Shown piece by piece: positions 52,936-61,305 of a DNA stretch of 64,000 nucleotides. This stretch comes from an uncultured Chitinophaga sp. (GTDB lineage: Bacteria > Bacteroidota > Bacteroidia > UBA7662). Position 1 is the stretch's first letter. Every line of letters starts with the position of its first letter. The position numbers and the translations under genes are program-made. Where the stretch lies: NCBI GenBank assembly GCA_964577055.1, contig CAZNWC010000001.1:129-64128 (forward strand). Reading direction: 5' to 3'. Below the pieces are notes generated by a model. The model made no database searches. It saw only the letters and a program-made list of their open reading frames with translations, and was not told where the DNA came from.

Positions 52936-55900
52936 ATGCTGCGAACTTTATCTGCCATTTACTTAATCGTGCTAAGCCTTTCTAGCGTTGGTCAAAGTAC
53001 AATTACTTGGAATTTTACTGGTGCAACTTCTGGGGCACCTTCAAGCTCAGCGATTTCCAATTTGACAATCTCAAACATGTCGATTGGAAACTCATTAGGA
53101 ACGGTAAGTACGCCAATAAGTAGTACGAGTGCAAGTAGCGGATATACAGGTTCTTCAGGCACAAACAACATAGGCAACGCCGCACGAACTGGTGCGATTA
53201 GCACTGGTGCTAGTGGTAGTGCTTATGTGGAATTTACACTCACTCCTGCAACTGGATATACAGTGGAGCTGACAAACTTGAGTTTTGGAGTACGTTCAAC
53301 TAGTACAGCACCTCAAGCATGGAGCTTAAGGAGTTCTGATGATACTTATTCTACAGAAATCGCTGGAGGTACAAATTCAGCCAATAATTCATGGTCATTG
53401 CAAACGAGTAGCACTTTTTCTAAAACTAGCTCCGCTGGGACAGTTTTAACATTCAGAATTTATGGCTACAATGGTACTGGAAGTCCAAGTAATAATACAA
53501 TCAACTGGAGATTGGATGACATTAACCTAACCGTAAATGTCACTAGTACAGTTAATCCTTCTATTTCTGTGACTCCCGCATCTACCAACTTCGGCAACAG
53601 CGCCATTAGCACCCCAACAGCCTCTACTACCTACAGCATTTCAGGCACCAACCTCACAGGCGCTCCAGGCAACATCACCATCACGCCTCCGAGCAGTGAC
53701 TTCGAAGTAAGTACAGACAATTCGGCATTTAGTGGATCTATCAATATCGCTTACAGCGCAGCTACACTTAACTCAACCAACTTCTATGTGCGGTTTAACC
53801 CACAAAGTGGCGGTGCGAAAAGTGGCAATTTAGGCTTTAGCGGTGGGGGCGTGACTTCTCCTCCTACCATCAGCGTGAGTGGCACGGGTGTTACCAATTT
53901 TTACACCAAATCAGCTACTTCAACAGACTTGCAAAACACTACCAGTTGGACCACGGATGCAGCGGGCGGTGCGGGTACCGAACCCACAGATTTTACTTCG
54001 AATGCGCAGATCTTCAACATTGCCAACAATTCCACCACCACCATTTCGGGCAACTGGACCGTTTCGGGCACCGGTTCTAAAATTGTGGTGAGCAGCGGCG
54101 ATTTCACCATTCCTTCCGGCAACACCGTTACGGGAACAATCGATGTGAGCGGTGGTGCTGAATTAACCATTGAAAATACCACCCAGCCTACCTTGGGAAC
54201 CTTGGCGGCTACTAGCACTATACAATACAACAACGTAGCGCTCACTTTACCGTCAAGCACTACCTATGGCAACCTAACCCTCAGTGGCACAGGCACCAAA
54301 ACCTTCGCAGGTAATACCACCACCGTGGCTGGCAACTTGGTTATCGACAATACAACCATCGACGCACCTGGAGGCTCGCCCTTTGCAACCATTTTATTGG
54401 CAGGAAATTTAACCTATCAAGGCACGGTAACCAATCCAATCGATGCAAACAGCATTACCCTACAAACCAATGGTACTGCTGCTGGCACCCAAACCATCAC
54501 CGCCAATGGCAACACAGTTCGCTACTTCCGCATTCAAACCACTACTGCTAACACCCTCTTGATGAGTACCACTGGCGGCAGTTCGCACATTCTCGCAGGA
54601 AATGCCTCCAGCGGTGGCATCACTTTGCTCGATGGCTCCGTATTGAATCTGAACGGCAATGACCTTTCCTTTTTTGCCACAGGTGGCGCTAGTTTAATCC
54701 TCAATACTACTGGCAGTATCAGTGGAGGCGCACAATCTGACCTTACTTTTGCCCGCGGCGGCACTTCCTCCTTGGGCACGTTACGCATGACCAGCGGGGC
54801 TAACACGGTACGCAGCCTGACAGTCAACCACAGTGGTAGCAGCAATACCACCCTCACCTTGGGAAATGCCATCAACGTAACCGAAACTGTTACTTTAACT
54901 GCTGGCATCTTGGCGTCAGGTGGTCATTTGACCCTCAAATCAACCGCAGCAGGCGCAACCGCCCGCATCGAAGGCGGCACCAACGCCAGCATCACCGGCA
55001 ACGTTACTGTAGAACGTTTCCTGCCGTGGCAATCGGCCAACAACAACGGTTTCCGTTTTGTGGGTCACCCTTTGCGCAGCAACCCGGTAATCAATACGGT
55101 TACCAATTTGCCAACTGCCAACAATACCCTCATTGGTTACAACGAAGCCCAAAACGCCTATGCCGGTATCACCAACCGTGCGGGCAATTGGCCACAAGCA
55201 ACCGCCTATGGCGTTTGGACCGATGCAGCCAATACCCTCAGCTTTACGGGCGAACTGCAATTGGATGAGGTAGGTCCCATCAGCCTCAGCAACAGCAGCC
55301 AGCGCTGGCATTATTTGGCCAACCCCTTTCCGTCGGTACTCGATTGGAATGCAGTAAGCCGTACAGACATGGCCAATGCCGTTTACATTTGGGAGAAGGA
55401 CAATGCTGCTGAAGGCAGCGGTGCCTGGGGGTCATTCATCGATGGTGTATCTTCGAACAATGGCGGTCGTTATTTGGCGCCAGGTCAGGGCTTCATGGTA
55501 CGCACCAATGCAAGCGGTAGCCCTTCCATCACTTTCCCTGCTGCTGCACGTAGTACCGCCAGCAATCCTTCCTATTACCGCCAGCAAAATGTGATTGGTG
55601 ACGTATTCAGGGTACGAATTCAAAAGCCAGCCAATCAAACAGGCATGGAAACCGTCATTCGTTTCCGCAACCAAGCCACTTCCGGATTTGATGCTGCATA
55701 CGATGCCGAATTTTTAACTGACTGGACGCCAGCATCACCCGATTTATATACCACTGATGCTCAAGGCAACAAATACAGTATCCAAGCATTGCCTGAACTG
55801 GGTAACCAAATAGTTTCAGTGCCTGTTTCGCTCGAAGCCTTTGGAGCCGGCGCCTTTACTTTCAGTTTCGACGCATCGGGAATGACCACCCCTGCAGACA

Positions 55901-56262
55901 TACGTCTGCAAGATCTGCGTGATGGCAGCTATGCCCAAGTTTTACCCGGACAATCCATCACCATCACGTCTTCAAATCAAGACATTGCCGGTCGATTTGT
56001 GCTGCACTTCAATGCATCTTTAAGTACATCAACGCCTTCAATAGAAGCCAGCAGCTTGAGTTTGTACACGTACGAAGGAGTGCTCTACATCAACGGCGCC
56101 GCCAGCGGCGAGTTGCGCATCACCGACCTCACAGGTCGTACCGTGTACCACCAAACCCAACAAAACTTTGGAGAAGCCATTCGCCCTGGACTAGCCAAAG
56201 GTGCCTATCTGGTGCAAGTCAATACTTCCGAAGGCAGCAAATTTGTCAAAGTTATTTTCTAA
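52936..56262 (+). CDS. Large secreted Thr/Ser/Gly/Asn-rich repeat protein (~1108 aa) with a type IX secretion C-terminal sorting domain. Putative adhesin or cell-surface protein.
   Basis: Signal peptide MLRTLSAIYLIVLSLSSVGQ. Long beta-strand-repeat-like T/S/G/N-rich body. C-terminal ~80-aa T9SS CTD ending ..GAYLVQVNTSEGSKFVKVIF. Confidence 0.75.
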   Translation: MLRTLSAIYLIVLSLSSVGQSTITWNFTGATSGAPSSSAISNLTISNMSIGNSLGTVSTPISSTSASSGYTGSSGTNNIGNAARTGAISTGASGSAYVEFTLTPATGYTVELTNLSFGVRSTSTAPQAWSLRSSDDTYSTEIAGGTNSANNSWSLQTSSTFSKTSSAGTVLTFRIYGYNGTGSPSNNTINWRLDDINLTVNVTSTVNPSISVTPASTNFGNSAISTPTASTTYSISGTNLTGAPGNITITPPSSDFEVSTDNSAFSGSINIAYSAATLNSTNFYVRFNPQSGGAKSGNLGFSGGGVTSPPTISVSGTGVTNFYTKSATSTDLQNTTSWTTDAAGGAGTEPTDFTSNAQIFNIANNSTTTISGNWTVSGTGSKIVVSSGDFTIPSGNTVTGTIDVSGGAELTIENTTQPTLGTLAATSTIQYNNVALTLPSSTTYGNLTLSGTGTKTFAGNTTTVAGNLVIDNTTIDAPGGSPFATILLAGNLTYQGTVTNPIDANSITLQTNGTAAGTQTITANGNTVRYFRIQTTTANTLLMSTTGGSSHILAGNASSGGITLLDGSVLNLNGNDLSFFATGGASLILNTTGSISGGAQSDLTFARGGTSSLGTLRMTSGANTVRSLTVNHSGSSNTTLTLGNAINVTETVTLTAGILASGGHLTLKSTAAGATARIEGGTNASITGNVTVERFLPWQSANNNGFRFVGHPLRSNPVINTVTNLPTANNTLIGYNEAQNAYAGITNRAGNWPQATAYGVWTDAANTLSFTGELQLDEVGPISLSNSSQRWHYLANPFPSVLDWNAVSRTDMANAVYIWEKDNAAEGSGAWGSFIDGVSSNNGGRYLAPGQGFMVRTNASGSPSITFPAAARSTASNPSYYRQQNVIGDVFRVRIQKPANQTGMETVIRFRNQATSGFDAAYDAEFLTDWTPASPDLYTTDAQGNKYSIQALPELGNQIVSVPVSLEAFGAGAFTFSFDASGMTTPADIRLQDLRDGSYAQVLPGQSITITSSNQDIAGRFVLHFNASLSTSTPSIEASSLSLYTYEGVLYINGAASGELRITDLTGRTVYHQTQQNFGEAIRPGLAKGAYLVQVNTSEGSKFVKVIF

Positions 56263-56281
56263 GCAATCAAAGAAACCACAT

Positions 56282-56485
56282 ATGAGCAAGTTCATTAACA
56301 TCTGTTTGGCTACCGCAGCATTGGTTGTTTTTAGCCAGTTGGCCTTTGCCCAGCCACCCCCTCCTGCCAATCCAGCCGCCGTGCCCATCGACGGAGGTTT
56401 GAGTATCCTTTTAGCAGCTGGTGCCGGTTTGGGTGCCAAAAAAGCTTGGGACCTCCGCAAGCAACAAGCTGAAAAAAACGATTGA
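56282..56485 (+). CDS. Small secreted protein (67 aa) with a C-terminal sorting-signal-like segment.
   Basis: Signal peptide MSKFINICLATAALVVFSQLAFA. Pro-rich spacer QPPPPANPAA. VPIDGG, hydrophobic helix LSILLAAGAGLGA, then basic KKAWDLRKQQ. Confidence 0.5.
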   Translation: MSKFINICLATAALVVFSQLAFAQPPPPANPAAVPIDGGLSILLAAGAGLGAKKAWDLRKQQAEKND

Positions 56486-56504
56486 TTTCAGTGCGTTTTA
56501 ACTA

Positions 56505-56532
56505 TAAAGCCTCCTTCGGGAGGCTTTTTTAT
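56505..56532 (+). terminator. Rho-independent terminator.
   Basis: aaagcctcc-ttcg-ggaggcttttttat. Confidence 0.7.
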
Positions 56533-56670
56533 GGGCTGTAAACTTTGGGCGCTGGCCTGTTCCAAAGCCTGACCGAAGGGCGACGGCATTGTTTCCCGCA
56601 GAAAACGCAGATTAACGCAGAGCTAAGATGCTACGCCCGTTTGCAAAAGCTTCAAAAAACCCCAGCGCCA

Positions 56671-56843
56671 ACAGCGCGAAGCGCAACCACAGGCCATTAG
56701 GCCACCCACAGCACGAAGTGCATTCACAGGCCGTCAGACCACCCACAGCGCGAAGCGCAACCACAGGCCGTTAGGCCGCCCACAGCACGCAGTGCATCAA
56801 CAGCACGCAGTGCGCCCACAGCACACAGTGCGCCCACAGGTCA
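56671..56843. repeat. Degenerate tandem repeats in a convergent intergenic region.
   Basis: A ~36-nt unit acagcgcgaagcgcaaccacaggccRttaggccRccc occurs x2 with a 75-nt period. A ~17-nt sub-repeat cacagcRcRMagtgcRYY occurs x5-6. Confidence 0.8.
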
Positions 56844-59642
56844 TCAACCCTTCCGAAAGTGCCGGATATTGTAAGTGAAGGTCATCATCCAAAACTGCTG
56901 CAACACGGTGGTCTGCACGTCTTCTACATAAGTTTCGGTCACGTTACGGGCAATGCTGTTGTTTTGGTTCAGCAAGTCAAAAACCGACAATTTGAGCTCT
57001 GCCCGGCGATCCTTGCCAAAACGATAACCCATACCAGCATTCCACAAAGTAAATGACTGATTAAAGCCATCTTCCAAACCTGCAAAGGCATTGTACAATA
57101 CATCGCTGCTGAAAACCAAGGCGGGAATGGGCAACCAATTGATGCGGAAATTCGCATTGTGGATGTAATAATCGTTGTTGAGCTGCGGCTGAATGCTGTT
57201 GAATACCGTATTGTAGTTCAGAGCATATCCGAGAGTAAAGTCCAACTCCTTGCTGATGTTCGATCCGATGGTCAAACCGGTGTTGATGTTGTGGGTCAGC
57301 GCTTCGTTGGCCACTCCGTTGATCAGGCTGGGACTGTTGTTGATGGTGTAGCCTGCATTCAAGTTGATATTGCTTTTTAGCACTTTGAGCGGGAAGCCAT
57401 ATGAAGCAAAAGTCCGGAAATTATATGCCCCATGCACATTCACGGGCTGAATGAGTTGCGCGCCCCGTACCAACGCAATGCCGCCGGGCAAAATCGTATC
57501 TACACGTGCAATAAAAGTGCTGTTTGCAATTTGATTGTTCACCAAGTTCAAACTGGCAAACACGAAAAAAGAAGTTCCCTTTTTCGCATTTGCGTCCCTG
57601 AACCTGCCACCCAAACGATGCGTATACGATTGGCCCAAATTCGGATTCCCGGCACGCAACTGCAACGTATTGCTGTTGTCAACCACGTTTTGCAATTGGC
57701 TCAAAGTTGGCAATTCGATGCTGCTGCGGTAAAACAAACGCATATTGGCCGTTTTACTAAAATTGTAACGAAACATGGCCGTGGGCAACCAATTGTAAAA
57801 GTCGCGAGACGCCTCTAGATCACGCGGAAACAACTGTTGGCTGAACAGGTTCGATACCTGGTAGTTGGTGCCCAGCATCCACTCATATTTTTCGGTGTGG
57901 TAGCGGAAGCGCGCACCCCACGTATTTGAGCGAATGTTGTTGTCGAATTCATTGGAAATGGCGCTGTCGACCAGGTTATAGGCCCCGGTAACCGGATCAA
58001 AATTATTGGCCCTTTGCTCCGAAACCCCAAAGGTAAACTGGGGTGCATAGCTGATTTCAAGCATCGACCGTTCGGTCAACGCTTCGGTAAATACCAGATC
58101 GGCACGGAAACGCTGGTTAAAATTGCGGCTGCTGATCTCCTGATCCACCAACAAGGTGTCGGCTAAGGCGGGTCCATCGAGGTTAAGGGCATATAAATTG
58201 CGTAAGCCATTTGTTCGGCCGGCATCCCCGTTCACATTCACCGAAATGGTGCGCCCCTTTTTGTCAAAGCGGTGACGAAACTGCAGGTCTCCATTGAGGT
58301 TCCAACCATCTGCCACATTTTGCTGCTGATTTTCGGTACTGTTAATAGGTAAGGCCAATCGGTTGGTGATACCGGCAAAAGTATTCTCTTGATTCCGGTT
58401 TTGCCAGCTGATGCGTGGTGTAAAAATGAGACTGTTACTGCTGTCAATGTTGTATTCCAAGCGCATATTGAGCCGATGGTTTACGCCCAAATTGGTCGAA
58501 AGACTGCTTTCGTTGTACAGCTGACCGATGCCATCGTTTAAAAAAAACTGACGGCTCACAAGGCTCTGCTGTTCGTTGTCGCTTCGGTTAAAAAAGTAAC
58601 TGGCACTCATCTTGCCTTTGGCGCCCCAATTGTCGCTGTAATTCACACCAAAAGCTTGGGTAGCACTGATGCCTCCTTGTTGACCGGTCAGAAAGTTGGC
58701 TGCATCACTGCTACCACCCACGCCACCCGGACGACCTCCTCCCGGACGGCCACCACCTGGCCGAGCAGCTGCCGGGCTGAGCCCACTCAAATCCTGGCTG
58801 CTAAAATTCTGCTGGTTGATGTTGTTGGCCATGCCCAACAGGGTGATGCGTTTTTTACCCGCAAAAAAGTTCACCGTTCCACCCGTCATGTAGCGGTTGT
58901 CGGTGCCGTAACCCGCGTAAACTTTGCCAAAACGGCTGTTATCGAGTCCGGTTTTGGTAATGATATTGAGCGTTTTTTCGGTATTGCCATCGTTGAAACC
59001 CGTGAATTGTGCCTGATCGCTCAGCCGGTCGATGAGTTGGATTCTATCTACCACCTCGGCTGGTAAATTCCGCAGGGCCATGGTGGCATCGTCGCCAAAA
59101 AACTCCTGTCCGTCTAACAACACCCGGCGCACTTGTTCGCCTTGTGCTTGAACCTGACCATTTTCAACGGTGATACCCGGCATTTTCCGCACCAGCTGCT
59201 CGGCATCGGCATCGGGATTCACTTTAAAGGCATCGGCCCGAATTTCGGTGGTATCGCCGCGCTGTTCTACGCGCTGCTCCACGCCTTCAATGCGTACTTC
59301 GCCCAAGGTTTTTACATCTTCTTTGAGGCTGTAAGGTGGCAGTTGCAGCAGGTTTTGTTCACGGGGAACACGAATTCGCTCTACCCGGGTTTCATACCCC
59401 ACAAAACTCATTCTCAACACATAAGGCCCTGGACGGTCAAGTTTGAGTTCAAATTGTCCTTGTACATTGGTGATGGTTCCGGTTACTTTACTGCTATCGA
59501 AGCCCGAAACGGCCACCACGTTTACGCCCGGAAGCGGACCTGCACCACCGGCATCGCGTACGCTGCCTTTGATTAGGTACTGGGCCACAACAACCTCACT
59601 TAAAAACAACAAGAAAATAAAGATGGCAAAACTTCGACGCAT
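56844..59642 (-). CDS. Outer-membrane beta-barrel protein with a CarbPepD_reg-like N-terminus (TonB-dependent-receptor-like family).
   Basis: Signal peptide. YLIKGSVRDAGGAGPLPGVNVVAV.. Gly/Pro-rich insert (RPGGGRPGGGRPGG). Barrel periodicity. 932 aa. Confidence 0.7.
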   Translation of the reverse strand: MRRSFAIFIFLLFLSEVVVAQYLIKGSVRDAGGAGPLPGVNVVAVSGFDSSKVTGTITNVQGQFELKLDRPGPYVLRMSFVGYETRVERIRVPREQNLLQLPPYSLKEDVKTLGEVRIEGVEQRVEQRGDTTEIRADAFKVNPDADAEQLVRKMPGITVENGQVQAQGEQVRRVLLDGQEFFGDDATMALRNLPAEVVDRIQLIDRLSDQAQFTGFNDGNTEKTLNIITKTGLDNSRFGKVYAGYGTDNRYMTGGTVNFFAGKKRITLLGMANNINQQNFSSQDLSGLSPAAARPGGGRPGGGRPGGVGGSSDAANFLTGQQGGISATQAFGVNYSDNWGAKGKMSASYFFNRSDNEQQSLVSRQFFLNDGIGQLYNESSLSTNLGVNHRLNMRLEYNIDSSNSLIFTPRISWQNRNQENTFAGITNRLALPINSTENQQQNVADGWNLNGDLQFRHRFDKKGRTISVNVNGDAGRTNGLRNLYALNLDGPALADTLLVDQEISSRNFNQRFRADLVFTEALTERSMLEISYAPQFTFGVSEQRANNFDPVTGAYNLVDSAISNEFDNNIRSNTWGARFRYHTEKYEWMLGTNYQVSNLFSQQLFPRDLEASRDFYNWLPTAMFRYNFSKTANMRLFYRSSIELPTLSQLQNVVDNSNTLQLRAGNPNLGQSYTHRLGGRFRDANAKKGTSFFVFASLNLVNNQIANSTFIARVDTILPGGIALVRGAQLIQPVNVHGAYNFRTFASYGFPLKVLKSNINLNAGYTINNSPSLINGVANEALTHNINTGLTIGSNISKELDFTLGYALNYNTVFNSIQPQLNNDYYIHNANFRINWLPIPALVFSSDVLYNAFAGLEDGFNQSFTLWNAGMGYRFGKDRRAELKLSVFDLLNQNNSIARNVTETYVEDVQTTVLQQFWMMTFTYNIRHFRKG

Positions 59643-59781
59643 AAGAAATACTTCAACCCGGGTACGACCTACAAAATGAAATAAAGTTTAAACTTCAAAG
59701 ATAGCTTTTTGAAATTGCTATTATTGGCCGATGATGGGTAAGATCAAAATGAGGAAGATGGGTATCTGAAAGATAAACACC

Positions 59782-60447
59782 TCAAAAAGGACGTACGACC
59801 GTTAGTTGGAGACTGTCCCATAAATCCAATCCTGGAATGCCAATCAGCCCGAAACGCATGCCATATTCCCAGTTTTGGTTGGGTACATAACTAAAACCGA
59901 TTCCGATACGAGGAAGAGGCAGCGCTAAAAATCTGGTATCGGTTGCTTGATGTGGAGAAGAAGAAACAAATGGATTTATTGGGTAAACGGTTGCAAAATG
60001 TCCCTCTTCAATGCGATGTTGTAAAAAAAGAAATTGAATACCCGATTCGAGCTCGAATCGAAGCTTTTTTTGACCTAATTGCCAACGTCCTAATACCGGT
60101 ACTGAAAGCAGAAAACCCTTTACATTGTATTGGTACAAATAAAAGACATCCGCATCTTGACGGGTGTGCCGTTGGTTGTTGGCAACGAAACGGTAATACT
60201 CCAATCCGGCTTCGAGCGCGAAACGTTTGTACTTCCTACCCAAACGCACACCAATCGCCGGTTGGTACATGCCAACAATTTCACGGAAAGTAAATGGTTC
60301 AGGATAAATCCGTTCAGTGGGTTCGGCAAAAGGAACTACACCAAGCTGCACGCCTATGAAAAAATCCTTACCAACCGTTTCCTGCTGTGATTTACCAGTA
60401 TCAGGAAACAACAAAAAAAACAAAATACAAAGTCCAGGTAAGCGCAT
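59782..60447 (-). CDS. Small outer-membrane beta-barrel (OmpW/OmpA-barrel-like) protein.
   Basis: Signal peptide. Alternating pattern. C-terminal ..LQLTVVRPF. Confidence 0.5.
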   Translation of the reverse strand: MRLPGLCILFFLLFPDTGKSQQETVGKDFFIGVQLGVVPFAEPTERIYPEPFTFREIVGMYQPAIGVRLGRKYKRFALEAGLEYYRFVANNQRHTRQDADVFYLYQYNVKGFLLSVPVLGRWQLGQKKLRFELESGIQFLFLQHRIEEGHFATVYPINPFVSSSPHQATDTRFLALPLPRIGIGFSYVPNQNWEYGMRFGLIGIPGLDLWDSLQLTVVRPF

Positions 60448-60872
60448 GCAACGTGAAATTTTAACGGCGAAGGAATACGTCGTCCGTAAACCCTGAAAAA
60501 AGGAAAAATCGGCTTGACCTTGGTTAAAATGACTCCGATTCTATGCTAAAATATCGAAAATATTAAACGAACAAAAAATATTCTGTTCACCGTTAGATAA
60601 CCAACCCCATTAGGGTAACGTAATCACCATCTGTTAATGCTTTGGATATGCCATTAGAAAAACCAGGGAGTACGTAGCAGTGTGTCACCTATACATCATC
60701 GTTTGTTGGTGGCTTTGAAGTGTACGTCTACTACAACCCATATACCCGAAAGCTAAAGTGCAAAGCTAAAATCAGCATGCTAAAATGCTCGATTTTCGCA
60801 CATTTTAGCAAACCATTAGGCAGCCCGCATCGTTTCTTTACCGAACTTTGCACCGCAAATAACCTACGGGTA

Positions 60873-61304
60873 ATGAAAAAAACACATCTCCTCCTCATCC
60901 TGCTCATTGCAGTGGCCATTGGGGCCATCATCAGCACAGTGGGCGACAGCAGTTCGTACGAAAATTTTGGTGTAGCTGCCTCCAATCCCGAACGTGAGTA
61001 CCATGTAGTGGGTACGCTTGCACGGGTGGATGAAATGGAATACAATCCCGAACAAGACGCCAATTTGTTCAAGTTTTACCTGCAAGACAATGCTGGCGAA
61101 GTACACCAGGTGGTTTTTTACGGTACCAAACCACAAGATTTTGAGCGCTCAGAGCAGGTGGTGATTGTGGGACAAATGACCGGCGAGCATTTTACCGCCC
61201 AAAAAATACTGACCAAGTGTCCTTCGAAATACACCGAAGACGAAATCAACATCGAAGAGTACGAAGAGCATACTGCCACAGGAACAGCCCCCGCAACCAG
61301 CTGA
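60873..61304 (+). CDS. ccmE: Cytochrome c maturation haem chaperone CcmE, CxxxY variant.
   Basis: N-terminal TM anchor plus an OB-fold alignable to E. coli CcmE. The haem-binding region reads ..AQKILTKCPSKYTEDE, where E. coli has ..AKEVLAKHDENYTPPE. Confidence 0.75.
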   Translation: MKKTHLLLILLIAVAIGAIISTVGDSSSYENFGVAASNPEREYHVVGTLARVDEMEYNPEQDANLFKFYLQDNAGEVHQVVFYGTKPQDFERSEQVVIVGQMTGEHFTAQKILTKCPSKYTEDEINIEEYEEHTATGTAPATS

Positions 61305-61305
61305 T

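Noticed and set aside
56671-56843. Possible CRISPR or mini-array.
   Set aside because: The units are degenerate and overlap, with no unique spacers, and they lie in a 3' convergent gap. This is a degenerate tandem repeat or minisatellite, not CRISPR.
60448-60872. A 420-bp gap upstream of ccmE with gctaaa-rich short repeats, considered as an sRNA or riboswitch.
   Set aside because: It has no stable conserved structure or terminator that I could recognise. It is probably promoter or leader DNA, with too little evidence to call a feature.
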